A DNA stretch of 63,477 nucleotides, filler included. It is 4 parts of 4 records of this genome, joined end to end, with 100 filler letters (N's around TTAATTAATTAA, not from the genome) between each part and the next. Parts side by side here need not be neighbours in the genome. Positions count along the whole stretch, not along the records: positions 1 to 26,185 come from SRR20825010_6262; 3 more parts are not named here. One strand, 5' to 3'. The stretch's first letter is position 1, and every line of letters begins with the position of its first letter. Shown here piece after piece: positions 1 through 8,490 of the stretch. The position numbers were made by a program, and so were the translations under genes. The notes under the pieces were generated by a model. That model was not told where the DNA came from, made no database searches, and saw only the letters and a program-made list of their open reading frames with translations.

Positions 1-120
1 CCTTTCAGGACTTAAAGCATCTTATTAAGGTTTAGCGTTCAAATCTAAATTCTGTTGATGAAATAATTGGTTAGCAGATGGCACCAATCAGATTTGAATG
101 CCACAAGTAGAATAAACTTC

Positions 121-205
121 AGCCCTGAAAGGGCTTCATACTTTTAACGAAGGGCACTGCCCGTCGTGTTCTAACCTCATAGCAGAAGTTAGCCCTGAAA
201 GGGCG
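121..205. repeat. REP-like composite palindromic unit, copy 1
   Basis: AGCCCTGAAAGGGC at 121 and 191 enclosing hairpin ACGAAGGGC-ACT-GCCCGTCGT; inverted partial copy (CCTTTCAGGACT) at 1-12. Confidence 0.8.
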
Positions 206-280
206 AAAGAATTGAAAAGTTGTGTCATTGCCAAAGGCCAGCCAGAGACTCTTCAGACTGGCCGTCCGCCTCCGTATGCA

Positions 281-350
281 CCTTTGCGGTTCAACCTTTG
301 CGGTCCAACCTTTGCGGTTCAACCTTTGCGGCCCAACCTTTGCGGTCCAA
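281..350 (+). repeat. Tandem repeat, 5 x 14 bp (CCTTTGCGGYYCAA)
   Basis: Units at 281, 295, 309, 323, 337 with no spacers. Confidence 0.95.
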
Positions 351-372
351 CTCCATTTAGAGAGACAGGAAG

Positions 373-705
373 TTATTTTGTGGAACGTTTGACTTTGACT
401 GGGCTCTGACTTGTGTGAAAAACATCCGTAATTAGTATCATTTCTGACACGGGATGGTATTCATAAATGATTTTATAACTAGCTATTAGTAATTAGCGAC
501 TGCTTTGACCGATCTCTGCGAGCAAGGGTTCGAGCTGTCCGCTTTCAGGAAATGAAACGAGTTGATCCACTCTATCGATGATGGCGTTAATCAGTTTTAG
601 TGCCTGATCTTCTGATTTTTCGGTAAAAGAGATGTACTCATAAATCTCGTCGAGGCAAGCCAGGGCAAAAGGCGTCCATTTTACCATTACCGCATTAGTC
701 GCCAT
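373..705 (-). pseudogene. RelE/ParE-family toxin interrupted by an in-frame TAA (493-495)
   Basis: N-half VKWTPFALACLDEIYEYI..FPESG; the frame continues past the stop as LLIASYKIIYEY..ITDVFHTSQSP to TAA at 373-375. Confidence 0.85.
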
Positions 706-943
706 GCTTCTTCTTAAAGTAAGCTTTTACTTCCTCCTGAGCGATTAATTGATTTTGATCAATGGCCGATCTGGAAAGCGCATTTCTTTCGTAGAATTCC
801 TCTTGACTCATTGGGGACAAACGCTGCTCCATGGCCTTAGTCTTGCCGAATTCAAGCATGTTGCGAATGGCTTCAATGAGATATTTATCATCCACTTTAT
901 CCAATTCCCTTTTAATGTATTCTTTTTCTGCCTGTAAGTCCAT
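695..943 (-). CDS. Antitoxin (addiction-module component) of the ParE pair
   Basis: 82 aa from ATG 943 (MDLQAEK..); overlaps toxin start; N-terminus resembles the antitoxin at 10682. Confidence 0.8.
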   Translation of the reverse strand: MDLQAEKEYIKRELDKVDDKYLIEAIRNMLEFGKTKAMEQRLSPMSQEEFYERNALSRSAIDQNQLIAQEEVKAYFKKKHGD

Positions 944-1122
944 TGTGCAACTGTTTATAATACAAATTAATGATTTCCCAGATGAATTCATGTGTGATAC
1001 AGCGCTTATGTTTGAATGCATCACATAGGACAACTGCTGCTCAACAGTGGTTAAAAGAAGTGACTTTTCGCAAGAAAAATCTTAGCCAAATTTCCATCGA
1101 AATAAAAAGGCGAGTATACCTC

Positions 1123-1413
1123 AGCCCTGAAAAGGCGCTATGACTTAATGGCTCAGCACTTTGCGTCCAAACGCGGATAGCAGGGGTAAGCCCTGCAAGG
1201 GGCTTCATACCCTAACGAAGGGCAGTGCCCTTCGTGTTAACACTTCGACCAGAAGTAAGCCCTGAAAGGGCGTAATAGAGTGTAAGTTTAGGTTCTGGCC
1301 AATAGGCTTTCCAGCGTATCCTTTAGCCCTGAAAGGGATTAATACCTTAAGGAAGGGAAAAGCCCTTCCTGTATAAAGAAAGCCCGATACCAGAGATAAG
1401 TCCTGAAAGGGCG
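1123..1413. repeat. Cluster of REP-like palindromic units (copies 2 and 3 plus a single hairpin)
   Basis: AGCCCTGAAAGGGC-like hairpins at 1123, 1189, 1258, 1325, 1399; central hairpins ACGAAGGGC-AGT-GCCCTTCGT and AGGAAGGGA-AAA-GCCCTTCCT. Confidence 0.8.
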
Positions 1414-1415
1414 TA

Positions 1416-1613
1416 CTAGTTGAAGGTTCTTCCATTTGTGACAGTCGATGGGTCAGCCATATTTAGGCATCTGCTGTGTCCAAATACCAAATACCCTATA
1501 CCGAGTACTATAAAAAAACCCCATCCATTGCTGAACAGGGTCCTTAATCCGAGCAAAAAGCAATACAGCACCGCATCAAATGACGATTTCTCCTTCACTG
1601 GCAATGCTTCCAT
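1416..1613 (-). CDS. Possible small membrane protein
   Basis: 65 aa with hydrophobic stretch WGFFIVLGIGYLVFG; overlaps the end of the HU-like gene; may be spurious. Confidence 0.25.
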   Translation of the reverse strand: MEALPVKEKSSFDAVLYCFLLGLRTLFSNGWGFFIVLGIGYLVFGHSRCLNMADPSTVTNGRTFN

Positions 1614-1995
1614 TGCTTACCTTCTCATACTTGAGCGTTTTCACCAGCTTTCTCAGCCGTGTGCCGGGACGGAAGTGGATGGCCGCTTTCCGGATGTTGC
1701 CCGAAGAGAAGCTACTTCTTTCGTCCGTCCCTTCGCTGGAAAGCGAGAGATAAAACGAGCCCAAATCGCTCAGGCGCACCTGGCGTCCGTGGGACAGCTC
1801 CAGCTCGATCACCTCTACGAGTGTGGCCAGTGTACCTACCACTGATCCATAGTTCAGGTTGGACATTTTACTGATAAGCACAGCTAGCTCATCGAAGGTT
1901 ACATCATCGCCGTATACAATGTTGGCGTAGTGTTTTTTGGGGAGGGTCAAATCCCTGGGATTCGGACGCTCCACTAGTTTGTAATGGACAGACAT
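1576..1995 (-). CDS. Bacteroidota HU-related (histone-like) DNA-binding protein
   Basis: MSVHYKLVERPNP..G.QVRLSDLGSFYLSLSSEG..IHFRPG pattern of the HU-related family. Confidence 0.85.
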   Translation of the reverse strand: MSVHYKLVERPNPRDLTLPKKHYANIVYGDDVTFDELAVLISKMSNLNYGSVVGTLATLVEVIELELSHGRQVRLSDLGSFYLSLSSEGTDERSSFSSGNIRKAAIHFRPGTRLRKLVKTLKYEKVSNGSIASEGEIVI

Positions 1996-2145
1996 TTTTT
2001 TAGTATTTAAAAGTTTAAAAAATTGATTTGAAAATCCGGAAGAGCGCCCTATTTGGATTTGTTATAACAAACGCAATTAATGTGCCAACAGGAAGAAATT
2101 CACCAAAAAAAAGGAATGTTTTTTTAATAACGGATGTGCAGGCAA

Positions 2146-2250
2146 AGGCATACGGTTCCATCAGTGGATACATGCGTATGTATGGGGGTCATAGATAGGT
2201 ATGCAAAGGGGTTGTACATACGTATGCTCCGGGTGATGCATACGGTTGGC
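2146..2250. repeat. Five degenerate CATACGTATG-like palindromes at 22-23 bp period
   Basis: Cores begin at 2149, 2171, 2194, 2217, 2239. Confidence 0.55.
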
Positions 2251-2340
2251 TGGGTTTTGAGTATAAAGAGAGCAACCCCGTGTTTTATGACGGCTATCAG
2301 CGGGCGCGAACGATCGTGGATCAGTAAGGTGTTTTCACTT

Positions 2341-2370
2341 AAAGAAGGGAGCCGTGGGGCTCCTTTTTTT
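2341..2370. terminator. Intrinsic terminator at the end of the HNH gene
   Basis: GGAGCC-GTGG-GGCTCC hairpin flanked by A-rich and T tracts. Confidence 0.65.
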
Positions 2371-3142
2371 ATTTTCTTAGTCTTTGTTCATTATGATATA
2401 ACAGGAAAGCAGGATCGGGTAAAAATTTGGTTGGTGTCATTATATCTTTCCCCTCAAAAGCCAGAAAATTCCTCTCTATGGATTGATTCTTAATCTTTTT
2501 CAAATCTGGCGAAAGAAGAATTTTATACTCTGGTGAAATGGAAATCAGACCAAGCTCAAAAGCCTTATCGTGAAGCCCATTCATAGCCAGTCCATTTCTT
2601 GGGTTTAATCTATTTTTTTCATCCATACTCCATGGCACGATATGTCCAGCAACCAGTAGTTCTGGCAGGTTAATACCAGTAATACAGCAAGTATTATTGT
2701 AGGATGCAAGAATGGTTTTTCTGAAAAAGGATTGATTGATTCTTGTTCTTACCAATCTTTCTTTTTCACCACCCTCCAATTCTGAAAAATTTGATTCTCC
2801 TAGAGGGGAAGCTTCCAAAACTCCTTTCCTTTTTTCAAACAAAACCTCACTTTCATAGGCTGCCTGATCCCAATTACTATAAAATTCTGTCCAGATTTCC
2901 TTATCCAACTTGCTAGTATGATCGGCTCCTTTGACCCCTCTAGCTTGAAGACTGGGATCGAGACTTGCAAAATTCACGAGTTTATAGGCAATAGCGTTTG
3001 AAGTTCTTCCTAGCAAACTTGCCAATTCCACAATATCTGGATTGCCTCTGTGTATTTTGCCAAAGGGTAATTTGCAGTAGAGATTAATAGCTAGGATAAG
3101 CTCGTCTCGTGTCCAGAGTTGTTGGTGTTTGACGTTTACCAT
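2369..3142 (-). CDS. HNH endonuclease (putative restriction nuclease)
   Basis: C-terminal CCITG..AGHIVPW..NPRNGL..HDKAFELG HNH core; N-terminal helical domain WTRDELILAINLY. Confidence 0.88.
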   Translation of the reverse strand: MVNVKHQQLWTRDELILAINLYCKLPFGKIHRGNPDIVELASLLGRTSNAIAYKLVNFASLDPSLQARGVKGADHTSKLDKEIWTEFYSNWDQAAYESEVLFEKRKGVLEASPLGESNFSELEGGEKERLVRTRINQSFFRKTILASYNNTCCITGINLPELLVAGHIVPWSMDEKNRLNPRNGLAMNGLHDKAFELGLISISPEYKILLSPDLKKIKNQSIERNFLAFEGKDIMTPTKFLPDPAFLLYHNEQRLRK

Positions 3143-3233
3143 CTGAGTATGTGCTTGGTTTTTACAAGAAAATCAGTTATACCTATGTGATTATGAATGA
3201 AGCTTTACTTAATTTTAGGAATTTATCAGAAAA

Positions 3234-4448
3234 ATGAGTAAACCGACATATATTGATTTGTTTGCAGGTTGTGGGGGCTTGTCACTGGGTCTTCACCAAG
3301 CGGGGTGGAAGGGGCTTTTTGCCATAGAAAAAAACGCTGAGGCATTCGCCACTCTTGAGTACAACCTAATTAAAAAATTAGACCATTTCAATTGGCCTAA
3401 TTGGTTAGGTCAAAACAATCATGATATCAATGAAGTACTTCTCAAGCATCATGAAGCTCTAACTGAATTGAGAGGAAAAGTAGATCTAGTCGCTGGTGGG
3501 CCCCCTTGTCAAGGGTTTTCAACTGCAGGACGAAGGGTAGAGAGTGATTCTAGAAATGAGTTAATTGATTCATATCTGGAGTTTATCAAGCTGGTACAAC
3601 CCAAAATTGTTTTTTTCGAAAATGTTAAGGGCTTTACTCAAAGGTTTGAAAAAAACAAAACAAAAGGCAAAGCCTATGCGGATTATGTCAAAGAGAAATT
3701 TGAAAATGAATTAGGGTACTTTGCTGAGGGTCAACTAATTGATTTTTCGAAATTTGGGATACCTCAGAAACGAACACGATTCATTCTTGTGGCCGTGAAA
3801 AAGGAACTCTTAGATGAAAGAGATCAGGTAAAAGAGTTGTTTTTTAATAGCATTTCTGAAAATGCCTCTGGGTTCCTTGTTTCAAAAAACCTGTCATTAA
3901 AAACAAATTTAAGACAAGCAATATCGGACCTCTTGTACGTATACGGGCAGACAACCTCAGACGACAGAAAGGGGTTTGAGTTTGGTGTTTATGGAAAGGC
4001 CTCATCCCAGTATCAGAGGTTTATGAGAAGAGGATCCGCAAATAAATTCCCGAATAGTCACAGCTTCCCAAAGCATAAAGTTGATACTGTTGAGAAGTTT
4101 AAACAGGTTCAGTTGGTTTCTCAGAAGAACAAAAGTTTGAGTAAAAGCGATAGGATAAGGCTTTCCATAAATAAACATGTTACAATTCCTTTGGACGGAA
4201 ATTTCCCTAGCCCAACATTGACAACTCTCCCTGATGATTATGTTCATTACTGTGAGCCTCGTATTCTGACCGTTCGTGAATACGCTAGAATTCAGTCTTT
4301 TCCAGATTGGTTTGAATTCAAAAATAAGTACACGACTGGAGGAAAGAATCGAACAAAAGAAGTTCCGAGATACTCTCAAATAGGAAATGCAATCCCACCA
4401 CTGTTTGGTGAACAGGTCGGACGTACCTTAAAAGCCATTATCAACTAA
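3234..4448 (+). CDS. DNA (cytosine-5)-methyltransferase
   Basis: Motifs I FAGCGG, IV GPPCQ, VI ENV, VIII QKRTR, IX/X REYARIQSFPD..IGNAIPP. Confidence 0.95.
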   Translation: MSKPTYIDLFAGCGGLSLGLHQAGWKGLFAIEKNAEAFATLEYNLIKKLDHFNWPNWLGQNNHDINEVLLKHHEALTELRGKVDLVAGGPPCQGFSTAGRRVESDSRNELIDSYLEFIKLVQPKIVFFENVKGFTQRFEKNKTKGKAYADYVKEKFENELGYFAEGQLIDFSKFGIPQKRTRFILVAVKKELLDERDQVKELFFNSISENASGFLVSKNLSLKTNLRQAISDLLYVYGQTTSDDRKGFEFGVYGKASSQYQRFMRRGSANKFPNSHSFPKHKVDTVEKFKQVQLVSQKNKSLSKSDRIRLSINKHVTIPLDGNFPSPTLTTLPDDYVHYCEPRILTVREYARIQSFPDWFEFKNKYTTGGKNRTKEVPRYSQIGNAIPPLFGEQVGRTLKAIIN

Positions 4449-6958
4449 TGGGGAAAGTAAGCTTTAGAACTAATGTTCTTCTCAAGAATATTATTGGGAA
4501 AGACCTTATAACAGATGATAATATAGCTGTTCAGGAACTAGTCAAGAACTCGTTTGATGCGGGTTCAACTATTTCTAGGATCGAATTTATTAATACCAAA
4601 CACAATCAATCAACACAGAATTACAAACGTTTAAATAATTCTCAAATAATTATTTCGGATTTTGGTAAAGGAATGTCTGAATTTGATTTGGAGAATAAAT
4701 GGTTAAATATTGCGTATTCTGAAAAGAAGGAGAAAAAACAGGAGTATAATCGACAACTAGCAGGGAACAAAGGTGTTGGACGGTTTTCTTGTGATCGTCT
4801 TGGTAAATTATTAACAATCTTCACCAAGGAAAAGGGCGGTGAAATTTTAAAGCTTCATATAGACTGGAGAGATTTAGAGCAGATTGATGACATTAACCTT
4901 AACATACAGGACATCAAATTTGATCTGGAGTCAATTTCTTTAAAGGAATTTAGAGAGCAAAAAGGAATTCAGACCCTTGGAATAGAGTCTTTTGAAAGCG
5001 GTACGATTTTATGTATTCAATCATTACGGGAAGAATGGGATCGTAGCAAGATTCTATCATTAAAGCGGCAGATTGAGAAACTAATAAGCCCTAACCAGAC
5101 CTTTAATTCTGAAAAATTTGAGATTGAGATTGTCGCAGGTGAGTATAAAGAAGGTGATAAGAAAATTCCAGAGTACGATAGACTAAATGGCTTAGTCGAA
5201 AATAAAATTTTCGAAAAGTTAAACTTTAAAGTAACCAGTATTCAATCCAAAGTTACAAGAGATGGATCCAAAATAATCACAATTTTAAAGGATCAAGGCA
5301 CACCTATTTTTACATTAGTGGAAAGCAACCCATATGATCTTCTAAAGAACATTAAGACTAATATTTTCTATTTGAACCCGTATTCTAAGGCCTATTTTAA
5401 AAGGCAAACGGGTATCCGGTTAGTTGATTTTGGTTCTATTTCGCTATTTATTAACGGATTTAGAATACCGCCGTATGGAGATGCAGGAGATGATTGGTTA
5501 GGAATAGAGGCGAGAAGAGGACAAGGGACATCCAGATATCTTGGAAGAAGGGAGGTCGTGGGCAGAGTTGAAGTGTTTGAGAATCGCGAGACAAGTGATG
5601 ACGAAGACGATGAGTTCAAGATAATATCGAGTAGATCTGGTGTCCGCGACAATAAAATATTTAGGCAGTTGGCAAAAAGCACCAGCCCCTTTGGTTTTTA
5701 CTATAAAGCTTTTAGACGACTAGAAAGGTTTGTTGTGGAAGGAATTAGCTGGGATAGTGCCATAAAAAAGAATATTGAGAAAGACATTGAAAATGATCCT
5801 GATTGGGATGAATCCAAGGAACAATACAAACTTGACCAAATAACAAGAAATAGACAGATACTATCAGTTGTTGATAAAATAATTGGCCTTAAACAGGATG
5901 ATATAATTAAGCTTTACATCAATAAAGAGTTTATTTCAGATCTTATCGAAACCCAGATTGAGAAGCTAAACGAAGACCTCTCGTTAATTTCTGAGCAATT
6001 GAAAAGTAAAAACTTGACTTCTGATGAGCTTAATGAATTTCTTAAACAAGTAGGAAAATCGCAAGAAGAGATCGAATCTTTTAGTAAGGAGCTCGGATCA
6101 CGTCTTACTGATGTAAGTGATTTTGAGAAGAGTAAAAAAAATTTGGTTAAAAGCCAATCTGATTTACATGAAGTGATTACAAACTTAAAAAGTAAACTTG
6201 ACGCTCAAGAAAAATCAATTAAGGAGTTGGAAGAGGCCAAGCAAGAAGCCGAAAGGCATCTTGAATTTGAAAAAGAAAAGAACACGTATTTACGAGCTTC
6301 TAGCAAAAACCTAAGTGAAGATGCAAAGGGGCTTATTCATAACATCAAATTAACCTCAAAGGATATTAGATCTAATGTGAATACTTTAATAGAGAAGATA
6401 TCGAGGAAAGATATTAAGGAGAAAGAGCTACTTCGAAGATTAAGTGTTATCAAGTTCAATTCTGAAAAAGCCCTCAAAATAAGCCGCTTAATCACTAGAT
6501 CAAATTTCAAGACCCAGGCGAACACGCAGGTTGTAGATATAGCAAAGTATATTGAACAATATATTGCTATATATTCAGATATATATGAAAATAGCCGAAT
6601 CGAATTTCAGGTAAGAAAGGCGACAAATGCGTTTTTGGAAAAAAAAATAAGTGTACTTGAGCTGTCATTAGTATTTGATGATTTGATTTCCAATTCAGAT
6701 AAAGCCGGAGCAACTAAAATTCTAATAGACATTGATGATAGTCTCGATGTTCTTTTTTCTGATAACGGAAAGGGATTGGACGAAAAATTTATCAACAACC
6801 CTGAATCAATTTTTGAACTGGGGATAACAACAACGGAAGACGGCTCTGGGATAGGTCTTCATTCAGTTCGAAAATCCCTTTCAGCAATGAAAGCTTCTAT
6901 AGAATTTGTTGGAAATAAGGTGGTTTTAAATGGGGCCACATTTAAAATAAGTTTTTGA
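4448..6958 (+). CDS. MORC/MutL-type GHKL ATPase fused via a coiled coil to a histidine kinase (cytoplasmic)
   Basis: N-terminal ELVKNSFDA, ISDFGKGM, GNKGVGRF; C-terminal H-box LIHNIK, N-box LISNS, FSDNGKG, FELGITT, GSGIGL; no transmembrane segment; TAATG overlap with the MTase. Confidence 0.85.
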   Translation: MGKVSFRTNVLLKNIIGKDLITDDNIAVQELVKNSFDAGSTISRIEFINTKHNQSTQNYKRLNNSQIIISDFGKGMSEFDLENKWLNIAYSEKKEKKQEYNRQLAGNKGVGRFSCDRLGKLLTIFTKEKGGEILKLHIDWRDLEQIDDINLNIQDIKFDLESISLKEFREQKGIQTLGIESFESGTILCIQSLREEWDRSKILSLKRQIEKLISPNQTFNSEKFEIEIVAGEYKEGDKKIPEYDRLNGLVENKIFEKLNFKVTSIQSKVTRDGSKIITILKDQGTPIFTLVESNPYDLLKNIKTNIFYLNPYSKAYFKRQTGIRLVDFGSISLFINGFRIPPYGDAGDDWLGIEARRGQGTSRYLGRREVVGRVEVFENRETSDDEDDEFKIISSRSGVRDNKIFRQLAKSTSPFGFYYKAFRRLERFVVEGISWDSAIKKNIEKDIENDPDWDESKEQYKLDQITRNRQILSVVDKIIGLKQDDIIKLYINKEFISDLIETQIEKLNEDLSLISEQLKSKNLTSDELNEFLKQVGKSQEEIESFSKELGSRLTDVSDFEKSKKNLVKSQSDLHEVITNLKSKLDAQEKSIKELEEAKQEAERHLEFEKEKNTYLRASSKNLSEDAKGLIHNIKLTSKDIRSNVNTLIEKISRKDIKEKELLRRLSVIKFNSEKALKISRLITRSNFKTQANTQVVDIAKYIEQYIAIYSDIYENSRIEFQVRKATNAFLEKKISVLELSLVFDDLISNSDKAGATKILIDIDDSLDVLFSDNGKGLDEKFINNPESIFELGITTTEDGSGIGLHSVRKSLSAMKASIEFVGNKVVLNGATFKISF

Positions 6959-6961
6959 TTG

Positions 6962-7663
6962 ATGGAAAAGTACTGCCTTATAATTGATAATGATGATCAG
7001 ACGTCAAGTATTGAAACCATTAACCGAGAAGCCAAGAAAAAACGTTTAAAAGTAAAGTGCTTTCAATTCAACGTTGGCTCACAATCAAATGATGAATTAT
7101 TAACTGATAATAGAATCGATCTAAAAAAGGTTGAATTAGAATTCAGAGAAAGATTTAAGGGGCAAACATTTGATCTAATAGCATTTGACTGGTCTTTGGA
7201 TGATGACGATATAAATGGGGTTGATTTGATAAGATACTTTGAATCAAAAAAAATTCGAAGGAAAACGCCAAAATTTCTTTATTCAGGACAACTAAAGGAT
7301 GAAATGGAAAGTGTTTTGGAGAGGTATAAGAGCGAGAACATTACCTTTATCAAGGCATGGACTCAAATAAGGACGCTGATCGAAATAGATATTGTAGATT
7401 TTAAGGATCGAGAGGAATATGAAAAAGCCATAGTAAATATACTTGATAAGACAAGTCCAAATCTAGATACACTTCTGCTGAAGGAACTTCGCAGCAATCC
7501 AGACGTCAAGTTTAATGGGACCGTTGAAGGACTTCTAGGGAAAACTTTTGAAGAAATAGCGGAGATTATAGAAAATGATATAACAATGGGAGACTCATTC
7601 AAAATTACTTTATTGGAGCAAGCTGTAGCGTATCTAGCAGAATTGAAAGATTATTCCTTATAG
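6962..7663 (+). CDS. Response-regulator receiver (REC) protein with no recognisable output domain
   Basis: LIIDND acidic pocket, DLIAFDWSL phospho-acceptor strand, NGVDLI, FLYSG; ATG 3 nt after the kinase stop (in-frame TTG at 6959). Confidence 0.75.
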   Translation: MEKYCLIIDNDDQTSSIETINREAKKKRLKVKCFQFNVGSQSNDELLTDNRIDLKKVELEFRERFKGQTFDLIAFDWSLDDDDINGVDLIRYFESKKIRRKTPKFLYSGQLKDEMESVLERYKSENITFIKAWTQIRTLIEIDIVDFKDREEYEKAIVNILDKTSPNLDTLLLKELRSNPDVKFNGTVEGLLGKTFEEIAEIIENDITMGDSFKITLLEQAVAYLAELKDYSL

Positions 7664-7666
7664 AAT

Positions 7667-8326
7667 ATGTTGCTGATAATTCACCCATCAGATAATTCCA
7701 CATCATTCTTAGAACCTGTTTGGAATACATGTATTAAAACAATAGGAAGTGAAATATGTATATATAACATAGGCTTTGATGAAGAAGAGCACGATTTGGC
7801 CATTGAAGAAATTCGATCAGGGCCTTATGAAAATGTTTTATTCATGGGGCATGGAAGTTCGAAATCTCTACATGGTGCAAAATCAAAAGACTATAAGAAC
7901 GAATTTTTTATTAAAAAAAAAGACCTAGATATTTTTCATGCAAAGAAGTTGCTGTGTTTATCATGTAAATCTTCAGAACTACTTTCTGGTGAAAAATCCT
8001 TTGATTTTGTTGGCTTTGGTGAGTTGCCCACAGAAATTGAAGAAGTGACTGCTGCAAGAGAGTTTGATGCACAGATTTACACAAATGTAGATCCAGATGT
8101 TTTGAAAGCTTTTCAGGATATTTTGGTTTCCATAATTACAAAGTCAACATTAGACTGGCATCTGAATAACTATGGTATGGTTCAAGTATTTCATAGAATT
8201 AGGTTAAGAATTAATAAAGAAATCACCAATCAATTGATATCTGGCCATCTGAAGTCGGCTCAGCGGCAAGGCTTAATTAAACTGTTACTGGATATGAAGA
8301 ATGAGATTAGTCTGCATCAGAGATAG
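7667..8326 (+). CDS. Hypothetical protein, putative caspase/CHAT-like cysteine protease
   Basis: Hydrophobic strand + GHG (VLFMGHG, His62) and hydrophobic strand + SC (LLCLSC, Cys100). Confidence 0.55.
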   Translation: MLLIIHPSDNSTSFLEPVWNTCIKTIGSEICIYNIGFDEEEHDLAIEEIRSGPYENVLFMGHGSSKSLHGAKSKDYKNEFFIKKKDLDIFHAKKLLCLSCKSSELLSGEKSFDFVGFGELPTEIEEVTAAREFDAQIYTNVDPDVLKAFQDILVSIITKSTLDWHLNNYGMVQVFHRIRLRINKEITNQLISGHLKSAQRQGLIKLLLDMKNEISLHQR

Positions 8327-8490
8327 CTTCAAATGTTCTACCATGCTAATTTTTTTTCAAGAGTTCTTTAAACCAATTTCCGTGGATGTAGTAGCGAGTT
8401 ATGAACCCCCTCACCTTTCCCATTTCTTTTTATCTTAGGCCCTGCACAACTGTTCTGTGAAAAGCTGTGTCGGTTTTAAAAACCCAACCT

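Noticed and set aside
281-350. CRISPR array
   Set aside because: 14-bp units are contiguous with no spacers; no cas genes.
944-1033. N-terminal extension of the antitoxin in the ORF track
   Set aside because: Similarity to the second antitoxin begins at MDLQAEK (943).
1123-1413. CRISPR array from the AGCCCTGAAAGGGC repeats
   Set aside because: Repeat is only about 14 bp and the intervening sequences are homologous hairpins, not unique spacers.
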